Shown here piece by piece: positions 35,857 through 46,523 of a stretch of DNA of 64,000 nucleotides. Positions within the stretch are counted from its first letter, which is position 1, and each line of letters opens with the position of its first letter. Under the pieces are notes generated by a model that was not told the origin of the DNA, made no database searches, and was given only the letters and a program-made list of their open reading frames with translations. The DNA lies in assembly GCA_963820825.1 (NCBI GenBank), contig CAWGBN010000006.1, forward strand, positions 384,001 through 448,000. Reading direction: 5' to 3'. A program made the translations under genes and the position numbers. The stretch is from Vulcanimicrobiota bacterium. GTDB taxonomy: Bacteria > Vulcanimicrobiota > Vulcanimicrobiia > Vulcanimicrobiales > Vulcanimicrobiaceae.

Positions 35857-37187
35857 AATCGATCCCGGCCATGCATACGGTGCTGGCCGATGACCGAATC
35901 GTGCCATATGAGGCCCTACTGGGAAGGAACGTAGTACGGCGCGCGGCCGACGAAGTATTCGGCCGCGTGCGTGCTTCCGATGCGGGCGAAACGTACGACG
36001 GAATCGTCGGCAAGCTCGAGTGCCGCTTGGAGGCGCTCCGCCGCGAGACGCTGCTCCCGGTCATCAACGCAACCGGCATCATACTCCATACGAATCTCGG
36101 GCGCGCGCCGTTGGCAACCGAAGCGCTCGCGGCGGTCGTGGAATTGGCCCGCGGTTATTCGAATCTCGAATACGATCTGCAGCGCGGCGAGCGCGGCTCG
36201 CGATACGCCCGCGCTTCGACGGCGATTGCAGAGATCGCCGGCGCGCAAGACGCACTCGTCGTCAACAACTGCGCCGCCGCCGTGCTGCTCGTTCTCGATA
36301 CCTTCGCCAAGGGACGCGAAGTCGTCGTCGCGCGCAACCAGCTCGTCGAGATCGGCGGCGGCTTTCGCATTCCCGAAGTGCTCGAGCGAAGCGGCGCGAC
36401 GCTCGTCGAAGTCGGGACGACTAATCGCGTTTACGTCGAAGATTTTGAACGAGCCCTCTCGCCGCGCACGGCGTTGCTGCTGCGAACGCATCCGTCAAAC
36501 TATCGCATGGAAGGCTTCATCCACGACGCTTCGGCGCGCGAGCTCGTCGAGCTCGGACGCCGAGCCGGCGTGCCGGTCGTCGAGGATCTCGGCAGCGGCG
36601 CGCTCGTCGATCTCGGGCGCTACGGCATCGCGCACGAGCGCACCGCGCAAGAGGTGCTCGCCGACGGAATCGGGCTCGTTACGTTCTCCGGCGATAAGCT
36701 GCTCGGTGGGCCGCAGGCGGGCATCATCGCCGGTACGTCGCAGCTCGTGGCACCCGTCAAGAACAACCCGCTGCTGCGCGCACTGCGCGTCGGAAAGATG
36801 ACGCTCGCCGCTCTCGCGGCGACGCTGGAACTCTACCGCAACGGCACGGAGGCGGAACGCCTGCCCATCTATCGCATGCTCGCCGCCACAACCCAGGAGT
36901 TGCGCGATCGCGCACGCGCCTATCTCGATGCGATCCCGACCGCATCGATCGTCGAGAGCGTCGCGTACGTCGGCGGTGGGGCGCTGGCGCAAGAGCGCTT
37001 GGACTCGATTGCCGTCGCGGTCGAAGCGGAGTATCCGGACGAGCTCGCCGCGCGCCTGCGCGAACAGGTTCTGCCGGTCATCGCCCGCATCGAGGAGTCG
37101 CGCTTACTGCTCGATCTGCGCACGATCGCGCCCGAAGAGGACCCCGTCGCGATCGCCGCGCTCGAAAGAGTCGTGTCGTCCGCGTAA
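35853..37187 (+). CDS. selA: L-seryl-tRNA(Sec) selenium transferase
   Basis: VINATGIILHTNLGRAP, YSNLEYDL..G.RGSR, VVNNCAAAVLL, LVEIGGGFRIP, EVGTTNR, HPSNY, DLGSG, FSGDKLLGGPQAG. Confidence 0.96.
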   Translation: MKSIPAMHTVLADDRIVPYEALLGRNVVRRAADEVFGRVRASDAGETYDGIVGKLECRLEALRRETLLPVINATGIILHTNLGRAPLATEALAAVVELARGYSNLEYDLQRGERGSRYARASTAIAEIAGAQDALVVNNCAAAVLLVLDTFAKGREVVVARNQLVEIGGGFRIPEVLERSGATLVEVGTTNRVYVEDFERALSPRTALLLRTHPSNYRMEGFIHDASARELVELGRRAGVPVVEDLGSGALVDLGRYGIAHERTAQEVLADGIGLVTFSGDKLLGGPQAGIIAGTSQLVAPVKNNPLLRALRVGKMTLAALAATLELYRNGTEAERLPIYRMLAATTQELRDRARAYLDAIPTASIVESVAYVGGGALAQERLDSIAVAVEAEYPDELAARLREQVLPVIARIEESRLLLDLRTIAPEEDPVAIAALERVVSSA

Positions 37188-37191
37188 CGCG

Positions 37192-38076
37192 ATGCCCGAG
37201 CTCCCCGACATCGCGGCGTATATCGCCGCGCTCGAACCGCGCATCGTTGGCAAGCCGTTGCAGCGCGCCCGCTTTAACGGAATCGCGCTGCTGCGCACGG
37301 CGACCCCGCCGGCCTCAGCGGCCGAAGGACGCACGGTGCGCGAGATTCGGCGGATCGGAAAGCGGATCGCAATCGGCCTCGAGGGCGACATCTGGCTCGT
37401 GCTGCATCTGATGATCGCCGGACGTCTGCATTGGCGTCCGCCCGGCGCGAAGCTCGGCGGCCGCAATATGCTCGCCGCGTTCGATTTCCCCGACGGGTCG
37501 CTCGTGCTCACCGAGGCCGGCAGCAAACGGCGGGCTTCGCTGCACCTCGTCGCGGCAGAAGCCGCTCTCGACGAGATCGATCGCGGCGGCATCGACGTCT
37601 TCGAGTGCGATCTCGATGCGTTCGTGCGCGCGATGAGCGCGGAGAATCATACGCTGAAACGCGCGTTGACCGATCCGCGCATCGTCGACGGCATCGGCAA
37701 CGCTTACTCCGACGAGATCCTTCACGCCGCCCGGCTCTCGCCGATCGCAATGACGTCGAAGCTGACTCCCGACGAATGGGAGCGGCTCTTCGACGCAACT
37801 CGCGCGACGCTGCGCGAGTGGATCGACCGGCTCGTCGCACAGACGGCCAAGGATTTTCCCGAAGGCGTTACCGCCTTCCGCGACGGCATGGCCGTCCACG
37901 GTCGTTACGGGAAGTTGTGTCCGGTCTGCGGCGATACGGTGCGGCGCATCCGGTATGCCGATAACGAGACGAACTACTGCCCGCGCTGCCAGACCGGCGG
38001 CAGAGTGCTCGCCGACCGTGCTCTATCCCGTCTGGGCATCAATCCGCTGCGAAGCAAACCGGCCGCCCCGCAATGA
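37192..38076 (+). CDS. Fpg/Nei family DNA glycosylase
   Basis: ATG 37192; N-terminal PELPD, RIGKR, LHLMIAGR, H2TH GIGNAYSDEIL, zinc finger CPVC...CPRCQ. Confidence 0.9.
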   Translation: MPELPDIAAYIAALEPRIVGKPLQRARFNGIALLRTATPPASAAEGRTVREIRRIGKRIAIGLEGDIWLVLHLMIAGRLHWRPPGAKLGGRNMLAAFDFPDGSLVLTEAGSKRRASLHLVAAEAALDEIDRGGIDVFECDLDAFVRAMSAENHTLKRALTDPRIVDGIGNAYSDEILHAARLSPIAMTSKLTPDEWERLFDATRATLREWIDRLVAQTAKDFPEGVTAFRDGMAVHGRYGKLCPVCGDTVRRIRYADNETNYCPRCQTGGRVLADRALSRLGINPLRSKPAAPQ

Positions 38077-38212
38077 GTGTCGCCGGCGAGGGACGCCGCA
38101 TCGTTGCTTCGACGATCGGCGACTCGAGGAGTAATCACAACCATCTCCGCCTGACGCGTATCATGCGTTCGCTCGAACGTTCCACTTTTGGAAGGATGCC
38201 GTAGAATCGTAG
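38073..38212 (+). pseudogene. Collapsed remnant of an OGFr (opioid growth factor receptor conserved region) family gene
   Basis: ATG overlaps the fpg stop. The 43-aa ORF 38073-38204 contains NHNHLRLTRIMRSL; a shifted frame gives TFHFWKDAVES* (38177-38212). Confidence 0.6.
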
Positions 38213-38237
38213 CGATCCCCGTTGCGACGATCCCGGA

Positions 38238-38648
38238 CTAGCCCTTACGGCAGAGCGGCTCCATCGGTGACGGCGATGCCATCGGCAGGGTAACTTCCCA
38301 CGTCTTGCCCTTAGACTCGACCTCGAACTTGTGCGGGATCGGGAGTTGGAAGGTTGGGCTTACGACGGCGCACTTGTAGGCCGTTTTCCCGGTGCAGGGC
38401 GAAGACGGCGGAAGCTGCTCGACGATAAAAGACCGGTGTAACTGCGAGTTCATCGCCAGCGTCCGGATACGGGCCGCGTCGCATTGTTGCGGAAGCGTTA
38501 CGTAGGCCTGGATGACGAAGGTCGACTTGCTGGTAATGCCGGCGTTGACGCTCGTCGCAGTCGCGGGTTGCCACGACGGCGTGGCGGCGGCGGCGAGCGC
38601 GGGCGGAAGAACGAATAGCGCGAGCGCTGCTAGACGAAGATAACGCAT
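38238..38648 (-). CDS. Hypothetical secreted protein
   Basis: SD GGAGG upstream; signal peptide MRYLRLAALALFVLPPALAAA; four Cys in the mature part. Confidence 0.7.
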   Translation of the reverse strand: MRYLRLAALALFVLPPALAAAATPSWQPATATSVNAGITSKSTFVIQAYVTLPQQCDAARIRTLAMNSQLHRSFIVEQLPPSSPCTGKTAYKCAVVSPTFQLPIPHKFEVESKGKTWEVTLPMASPSPMEPLCRKG

Positions 38649-38698
38649 AGTTCAGGTACCTCCTATTGCCGGGATGGATTCGCCATGGGCCCGCTCGG

Positions 38699-40231
38699 TT
38701 ACTCGCGGAACCACCCCGAGGGTTCGACGTCGAGATTGACGTTGATCTGCTTGACTTCGGTGTAGGCGTCGTAACCGTACGTTCCGAGCTCGCGGCCGAT
38801 GCCCGATTGCTTGTACCCGCCCCACGGCGCTTCGTTGTAGGTTGGATGGTAGGTGTTGATCCACGTGATTCCGGCGCGCATCTTGCGAATGACGCGATGC
38901 GCTTTGGCGATGTTGGTGGTAAAGACTGCGCCGGCCAGACCGTAGATCGTGTCGTTTGCCAACGCGACCGCCTCGGCTTCGTCTTCGAACGTTTGCACGA
39001 CCAGGACCGGCCCAAAAATCTCTTCCTGAACGATGCGCATGTCGCGTGAAGTCTGGTCGAAAATCGTAGGAGCGATGAAGTTTCCCTCGGCGAGCGCGCC
39101 GCCGAGCCGATTGCCGCCGCAGAGCAGCTTTGCGCCTTCCTCGCGTCCGGTTTCGATATAGGCCTCGACGCGCTCGCGGTGGACCGGCGAGATGATCGGT
39201 CCCATCTCGCTTGCCGGATCGAACCCGTCACCGACGCGAATCTTCTTCGCGCGCTCGACGAGCCGTTCGACGAACCGATCGTGCAGCGGGCGCTCGAGAA
39301 TGAGCCGCGACCCGGCCGAGCAGACCTGTCCCGCGTTGGCGAAGATCCCGAAGAGCGCGTAGTCGACGGCCGTCTCGAAGTCGGCGTCGGCAAAGACGAC
39401 GTTCGGCGACTTACCGCCGAGCTCGAGCGAGATTTTCTTCAGGTTGGTCGTCGCATCGCGCATGATGCTGCGTCCGGTCTTGGTACCGCCGGTGAAGGCG
39501 ATCTTGTCGACGAGCTCGCTCGCCGCGATCGCGTGACCGACGACCGCGCCCGCGCCGAGCACGATGTTGACGACGCCGGGCGGAAACTCCAGCTCTTGGA
39601 AGATCGTCGCTAAGCGAATCACCGAGAGCGGCGTGAGCTCCGCGGGCTTGAGAATGCAGACGTTGCCGGCGGCCAGCGCCGGAGCGAGCTTCCACGTCGC
39701 CATCAGCAGCGGATAGTTCCACGGAACGATCTGTCCGCAGACGCCGATCGGCTCGCGCACGGTGAAGGTCTGCGAGGGCGCCGGCACGTCGAAGGTCTGT
39801 CCGTGCGGCTTGGTCGCGAGGCCGGCGTAATAGCGAAAGCAATTGGCCGCGTCGACCGCGTCGTACTCGGTTTCGCGCAGCGGTTTGCCGTTGTTGAGCG
39901 TGTCGATCCGCATGAACTCGTCGCGGTGCGCGTCGATTGCGTCGGCGACTTTAAAGAGCAGCGCCGCGCGGTCGGCGGCCGAGAGCGAGGTCCACGGTCC
40001 GCCGTCAAAGGCTCGACGCGCCGCGGCAATCGCCGCTTCGGCGTCGGCCGCCGTTCCCTCAGCGACGGTCGCGACCGGCCGGCCGTTGGCCGGATTGAGC
40101 AGCTCGCGCGTTCCATGGTCGCCGGCAAGGCGCCAATCGCCGCCGACGTACATCGGGATCACGCCGTTGATGCGCGGCAGATTGCGAAGGACTTCTTCGG
40201 CGTTCACGTCGGGATGCGTCGTCGTTTGCAT
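38699..40231 (-). CDS. Aldehyde dehydrogenase (aminoaldehyde/betaine-aldehyde type; likely 4-aminobutyraldehyde dehydrogenase by context)
   Basis: ATG 40231 with SD AGGAG; IVPWNYP, LKPAE, FTGG, LELGGKSP, GQVCSAG, EEIFGPV, PWGGYKQSGIGRELG. Confidence 0.9.
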   Translation of the reverse strand: MQTTTHPDVNAEEVLRNLPRINGVIPMYVGGDWRLAGDHGTRELLNPANGRPVATVAEGTAADAEAAIAAARRAFDGGPWTSLSAADRAALLFKVADAIDAHRDEFMRIDTLNNGKPLRETEYDAVDAANCFRYYAGLATKPHGQTFDVPAPSQTFTVREPIGVCGQIVPWNYPLLMATWKLAPALAAGNVCILKPAELTPLSVIRLATIFQELEFPPGVVNIVLGAGAVVGHAIAASELVDKIAFTGGTKTGRSIMRDATTNLKKISLELGGKSPNVVFADADFETAVDYALFGIFANAGQVCSAGSRLILERPLHDRFVERLVERAKKIRVGDGFDPASEMGPIISPVHRERVEAYIETGREEGAKLLCGGNRLGGALAEGNFIAPTIFDQTSRDMRIVQEEIFGPVLVVQTFEDEAEAVALANDTIYGLAGAVFTTNIAKAHRVIRKMRAGITWINTYHPTYNEAPWGGYKQSGIGRELGTYGYDAYTEVKQINVNLDVEPSGWFRE

Positions 40232-40232
40232 T

Positions 40233-41621
<1,389 letters not shown>

Positions 41622-42896
41622 TCACCTCGTAAAAACGTCGTGCAGACTCTTTTGAAGAATGGCGAGCCCCTCTGAGAGCTCCTCGTCGGTGGCGACGAGC
41701 GGGACGAGAATGCGAATCACGTTGCGCTTGCCGGCCATCAGCAGCAGCAATCCGCGCTCGCGGGCGGCCTCGACGATCTCCGGCGCACCCGAGGATAGCT
41801 CGATCGCAAGCATCGCGCCGAGTCCGCGCACGTCCTCGATCTGCGGAAACTCGCGCTGCATGGCGCGTAGTGCCGAGCCGATGCGCTCTCCCATCGCGCG
41901 GGCGCGCGCCAAGAACGCATCGTCGATCGTCTCGAAGACCTTCAGCGCCGCGGCGCAGGCGACCGGATTTCCGGCGAACGTTCCGCCCAGGCCGCCGGGC
42001 TCCGGCGCGTCCATAATCTCGGATTTTCCGACCACGCCCGCGAGCGGCAGGCCGCCGCCGATCGATTTCGCGACCGCGACGAGATCGGGTTCGATGCCGT
42101 ACTGCTCCGACGCGAAGAACGTGCCGGTGCGGCCGAATCCCGTCTGAATCTCGTCGGCGATCAACAGGATGCCGCGTTCCTCGGTGATGCGCCGCAGCTC
42201 GGGCAAGAAATCGCGCGGCGCCGGTACGAAGCCGCCTTCACCGAGAACCGGCTCGACGATTACGGCGGCGACGCGATCGGGAGCGACCACCGCCGAAAAG
42301 AGCTCGTCCAGGGCCTCGAGCGCGCGAGCCGTCGTCATGCCGTGATGCTCGTACGGAAACGGCGTATGGTAAATCTCGCTGCAGAAGGGTCCGAAGTGCT
42401 GCTTGTACGGCTCGTTCTTCCCCGTCATCGAGAGCGCGAGCAGCGTGCGGCCGTGGTAGCCGTGGGTAAAGGCGACGATTGCGGGACGGCGCGTGTATTC
42501 GCGTGCGATCTTGACCGCGTTCTCGGTCGCTTCGGCTCCGGTCGAGAGCAGCAGCGTCTTTTTCGGCGACGGCCCCGGGGCCCGGCGGTTCAGCTCTTCG
42601 GCGACCCGGACGTACGGTTCGTACATGGCCACTTGAAAGCAGAGGTGCGTGAACCGCGCCGCCTGTTCGGCGATCGCCGCGACAATCTCGGGGTGCGCGT
42701 GTCCGGTATTGAGCGTGCCGATGCCCCCGATAAAGTCCAAGTAGCGGCGGCCGTCCTCGTCCCAAAGGGTCGCGCCGCTCGCGCGCTCGACCCAGATCGG
42801 ATGCGCGGTCGCGACGCCACGCGCGACGCTCTCGCGGCGGCGTTGCGCCAGGGAGCTGTCGGCGACGGGAATTGAGGGTTTTTCGCGTACGGTCAT
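41622..42896 (-). CDS. gabT: 4-aminobutyrate aminotransferase
   Basis: LAQRRRESVARGV, YLDFIGGIG.LNTGH, FTHLCFQV, TGAEATENAVKIAR, YHGRT, EPVLGEGGF, ADEIQTGFGRTG, AKSIGGGLP, PGGLGGTFAGNP. Confidence 0.9.
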   Translation of the reverse strand: MTVREKPSIPVADSSLAQRRRESVARGVATAHPIWVERASGATLWDEDGRRYLDFIGGIGTLNTGHAHPEIVAAIAEQAARFTHLCFQVAMYEPYVRVAEELNRRAPGPSPKKTLLLSTGAEATENAVKIAREYTRRPAIVAFTHGYHGRTLLALSMTGKNEPYKQHFGPFCSEIYHTPFPYEHHGMTTARALEALDELFSAVVAPDRVAAVIVEPVLGEGGFVPAPRDFLPELRRITEERGILLIADEIQTGFGRTGTFFASEQYGIEPDLVAVAKSIGGGLPLAGVVGKSEIMDAPEPGGLGGTFAGNPVACAAALKVFETIDDAFLARARAMGERIGSALRAMQREFPQIEDVRGLGAMLAIELSSGAPEIVEAARERGLLLLMAGKRNVIRILVPLVATDEELSEGLAILQKSLHDVFTR

Positions 42897-42944
42897 GGTG
42901 GGGCGAGGAAAGCCTATTCGGCGAGTTTAACGCCCCTCTTCTTT

Positions 42945-45900
42945 ATGACTACACGCTTCGCCGCCGCCAAGCCGATTGCCGCGCTCGTCGCGATTGCGCT
43001 CCTTGCCGCGCCCTGGGGGGCGAGAGCCGGCACCACCGGCACGCTGCGCGGCCGCGTGGTCGACGCCGCGACCCGCGCGCCGATCGCCGGCGCGCAAGTC
43101 GTCGCGGTCTCTCCCTCGCAGACCGCGCAGAGCACCTCCGACGCCTCAGGCACCTTCACGTTCATCTCGTTGGCACCGGACACGTATACGGTGAGCGCGA
43201 GCAAGGCGGGCTACGATCCGCAATCGCAGCCCGGCATCTCGATCGTTGCCGATCAATCGGCGAACGTTACGATCGAGTTGCAGAAAACGATCAAGACGAT
43301 CGCGCACACGACGTCTCGCTCGACGCAATCGCTGGTGCACTCCGGGGTGACGAGCGACGTCTACTCGGTCAACGCTGCCGGACAGAAGGCGGCGTCGACG
43401 CTCGGCGGTTCCGGATCGATGACGCAAGCGTACGGCGCAATTGCGAGCGCGCCGGGCGTCAACATTCCCTCGAACCAACAGGGCTGGTATCAGAGCGTCT
43501 ACATCCGCGGCGGCGACGTCGATCAAGTTGCGTACGAGTTCGACGGCATTCAAATGACGCGGCAGTCCGACCTCGCGCCGATCGGAACGCTCACCTCACT
43601 TGGGAATCAAGAGGTGCAGGTCTACACCGGCGGGACGCCCGCGACCTCGAACTCGTCCGGCCTCGCCGGCTACATCAATCAAGTCATCAAGTCGGGAACC
43701 TTCCCCGGTTACGCCTCCGCCGATTTGGGCATCGGCGGACCGGCCTTCTACCATCAAGCGACGCTGGAGACCGGCGGCGCCACGCCCGACCGGCTCTTCT
43801 CGTACTACGTCGGCCTCTCGGGAACGAATCAAACGTATCGTTTCGGCGACCAGTACGGCGGCGTCAGCGATCCGCTCTACTTCTATCCGCTCAACGTTCC
43901 GTCGAACAACAACGTCTACAATATTCTCGACGGCTCTGCGGCAAGACAACCGAACTACGGCTTTCTCTACTCTCCCGGCTTCGCCTACGCGCAAGGCACC
44001 AACTTCGATCGCGAAAACGTCGTCAATCTCCATATCGGCATTCCGCACCACGACTCGGCGCTGCGCGACGACGTTCAGCTGCTCTACGTGACCGGCGGCA
44101 TTGCCGACCAGTTCTACAGCTCCGCCAACGACGTTTGGTACACGCCGTACGCCGGCAAGAAGACCGGCATCGGTTATCCGATGCCGTATCTCGATTCGCT
44201 CTACTACGGCGGCCCGCTCATGCAGTCGCCGCGACCGCAAGACCTCCTCGTCGGATTCTTCCCCAGCAGCCCCTCCGGCCGCGCACCCGGCTCTCCGGTC
44301 GGCGTTACCGACCGCGACGGAAACTGGAACGGCTACTCGATCGAAAAACTGCAGTATCAAAAGAATCTCGACCCGCATTCGTATTTGCGCGCGCTCGTCT
44401 GGGGCGCGTACTCGAATTGGTTCATCAACGGACCACAGAGCGCGCAGCTCGTCTTCGGATCGGATCCTGCCGATTACGAAGTCCTCGAGCACGGCTACGG
44501 CGGCACGCTCATCTACGCCAATCAGCTTGCTACCCAGAACCTCCTCACAGTCGAGGCGTCGTACATGACGCAGCGCCTGCAGACGTATAACGCCGCCTTC
44601 AGCTCGACCGATCCTTCGACGTCGAGTCTCGCACCGACGGGTCTGGGCACGATTCTCTCCAACTACGGAACGCCGAACGGCAAGTGTTACAACTACCAGA
44701 CGGGTCAACCGTGGAGCTGTTTCGACACGGGAAGCCAGGGAGGGTGTCTCACCTCGTTCGGATGCTATCCCGGCGAGGGCAAGTACAATTTCAATTTGAC
44801 GCCAGGTAATGCCCCCAAGGGTTCTCCGGCGGCAAGAGCCGGTGCGCGCTGGATGATGACCGAGAACGGAGAAAGCGCTCAGGTCGACGACGTAATGCCG
44901 CATTTCGGATCGGCGGCGATCACCGATTTGTATCAGCCCAACGATCGGCTCGTCATCAATCTCGGCGCTCGCATCGATCGCTTCGAGTATACGACCAACA
45001 ACCTCGAGGCAGGGTATCCGGCACGGCAGTTTTGGTTCAACGCCTACAACAACGAGTTTTGCGGCGCGCCGGGTAAGGCGACGCAGTGGAGCTGGGATTC
45101 GAACAGCAATTCCTTCGGCTCGTGTGCGCCGGGTCTGCAGCCGCTGAGCAATCCCGGCAATGGGTTGTACAACACGACGGGCTCGGACTTCGCCTCCTAC
45201 GTTTTTCAACCACGCGTCTCGTTCACGTATACGATCAATCCCGATACGGTGATCCGAGGCTCGGCGGGCAAATACGCCCGGGCCGAAGGCTCGTCGTACT
45301 ACCAATACAACACGTTCCAGCAGAATCTCGCCTCGTTCATCGCGCAGTTCTATCCCCTCGGCTACCATACGCCCGACCACGACATCTCACCCGATACCTC
45401 CGACAACTTCGATCTCTCGCTCGAGAAGCACGTGAAAGGCACGCAGCTCTCCTACAAGATCACGCCGTTCTATCGGTACACGACCAATCAGCTCCAGTTC
45501 CAGGCGATCAACCCGGTTCAAGGAACGCTCGCCGGGCTCAACGTCGGAACGCAGGAGTCGTACGGCGTCGAGCTCTCGCTGCAGTACGGCGATTTCAGCC
45601 GCAACGGCCTCTCGGGACTCTTCTCGTATACGCATACCGGGAATCGGGTCCGTTTCAGTCCGATCAACGGCGTCAGCGTGATCGACTCGCTCAACACGCA
45701 GATCGAGCTCTATAACTCCTATTCTGCGGCGTGCGCCGGCGTCACGAAGAGCTCGGCAAACTGGCGGGCCTGCGGCAGCGGCGCCTATGCGAACAATGCG
45801 ATGCCCGTGCTGCCGAACGATCAATCGGGAACCCGGAATCAGGGCAAACTCAAGATCCCCAATCCGTATTATCACGACGGGCTCCAGCCGCTCTTCGATA

Positions 45901-46523
45901 CGTCGGCGTGGTACGCACCATACGACGTGATCCCCAGTCCGTTCAATGCGGCCAACGGTTATTCGGTTCCCGACGTTGCGTCGCTCATTCTGAATTACCG
46001 GCACAACCGCTTTACGGTGACCCCGTCGGTGCATTACGCGAACGGGTCGAATTACGGATCGCCGCTGGTCTGGCCGGGATACGTTCCGCAGTCGTGCTCG
46101 AAGCAACCGGCTTCGACGCCCTTGACCCCGGGTGCGAGTTGCCCGGGCGGATCGATCGGCGCGGTCTTCCTGCCCGATCCCTACAGCGGCAAGTTCGACA
46201 ATCTCGGCGCCTTCATGGAGCCGGCCGAACTCTCCGCGAACCTGCAGGCGAGCTACGATCTCACGCCGCGCATGACGGTAACGGTGCAGGCCGTCAACCT
46301 CTACAATCAGTGCTTCCAGCGCGGGTATGCCTGGGATAACTCGGTGACCTGCGTATACTCGACGCTTCCCTCGAACATTCTCGCGCCGTCGGGTAACTTC
46401 GTAAAGAATCCGCCGCCTCAACTGCGCTATCCGTACGGAACGTTCTTCAACGTAACCGAAGTCGGGGTCTCGTCGGTACGTCAACCCTTCAGCTTCTTCG
46501 CCGACATCAGCATCAAGCTCTGA
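42945..46523 (+). CDS. TonB-dependent receptor-like outer-membrane protein with N-terminal carboxypeptidase-regulatory-like domain
   Basis: Signal peptide; GTTGTLRGRVVDAAT..PIAGAQV...F.F.SL.PDTY; plug motifs SAPGV, VYIRGG, YEFDG, AGYINQVIK; barrel strands INLGARIDRF, FQPRVSFTY; C-terminal ADISIKL. Confidence 0.8.
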   Translation: MTTRFAAAKPIAALVAIALLAAPWGARAGTTGTLRGRVVDAATRAPIAGAQVVAVSPSQTAQSTSDASGTFTFISLAPDTYTVSASKAGYDPQSQPGISIVADQSANVTIELQKTIKTIAHTTSRSTQSLVHSGVTSDVYSVNAAGQKAASTLGGSGSMTQAYGAIASAPGVNIPSNQQGWYQSVYIRGGDVDQVAYEFDGIQMTRQSDLAPIGTLTSLGNQEVQVYTGGTPATSNSSGLAGYINQVIKSGTFPGYASADLGIGGPAFYHQATLETGGATPDRLFSYYVGLSGTNQTYRFGDQYGGVSDPLYFYPLNVPSNNNVYNILDGSAARQPNYGFLYSPGFAYAQGTNFDRENVVNLHIGIPHHDSALRDDVQLLYVTGGIADQFYSSANDVWYTPYAGKKTGIGYPMPYLDSLYYGGPLMQSPRPQDLLVGFFPSSPSGRAPGSPVGVTDRDGNWNGYSIEKLQYQKNLDPHSYLRALVWGAYSNWFINGPQSAQLVFGSDPADYEVLEHGYGGTLIYANQLATQNLLTVEASYMTQRLQTYNAAFSSTDPSTSSLAPTGLGTILSNYGTPNGKCYNYQTGQPWSCFDTGSQGGCLTSFGCYPGEGKYNFNLTPGNAPKGSPAARAGARWMMTENGESAQVDDVMPHFGSAAITDLYQPNDRLVINLGARIDRFEYTTNNLEAGYPARQFWFNAYNNEFCGAPGKATQWSWDSNSNSFGSCAPGLQPLSNPGNGLYNTTGSDFASYVFQPRVSFTYTINPDTVIRGSAGKYARAEGSSYYQYNTFQQNLASFIAQFYPLGYHTPDHDISPDTSDNFDLSLEKHVKGTQLSYKITPFYRYTTNQLQFQAINPVQGTLAGLNVGTQESYGVELSLQYGDFSRNGLSGLFSYTHTGNRVRFSPINGVSVIDSLNTQIELYNSYSAACAGVTKSSANWRACGSGAYANNAMPVLPNDQSGTRNQGKLKIPNPYYHDGLQPLFDTSAWYAPYDVIPSPFNAANGYSVPDVASLILNYRHNRFTVTPSVHYANGSNYGSPLVWPGYVPQSCSKQPASTPLTPGASCPGGSIGAVFLPDPYSGKFDNLGAFMEPAELSANLQASYDLTPRMTVTVQAVNLYNQCFQRGYAWDNSVTCVYSTLPSNILAPSGNFVKNPPPQLRYPYGTFFNVTEVGVSSVRQPFSFFADISIKL

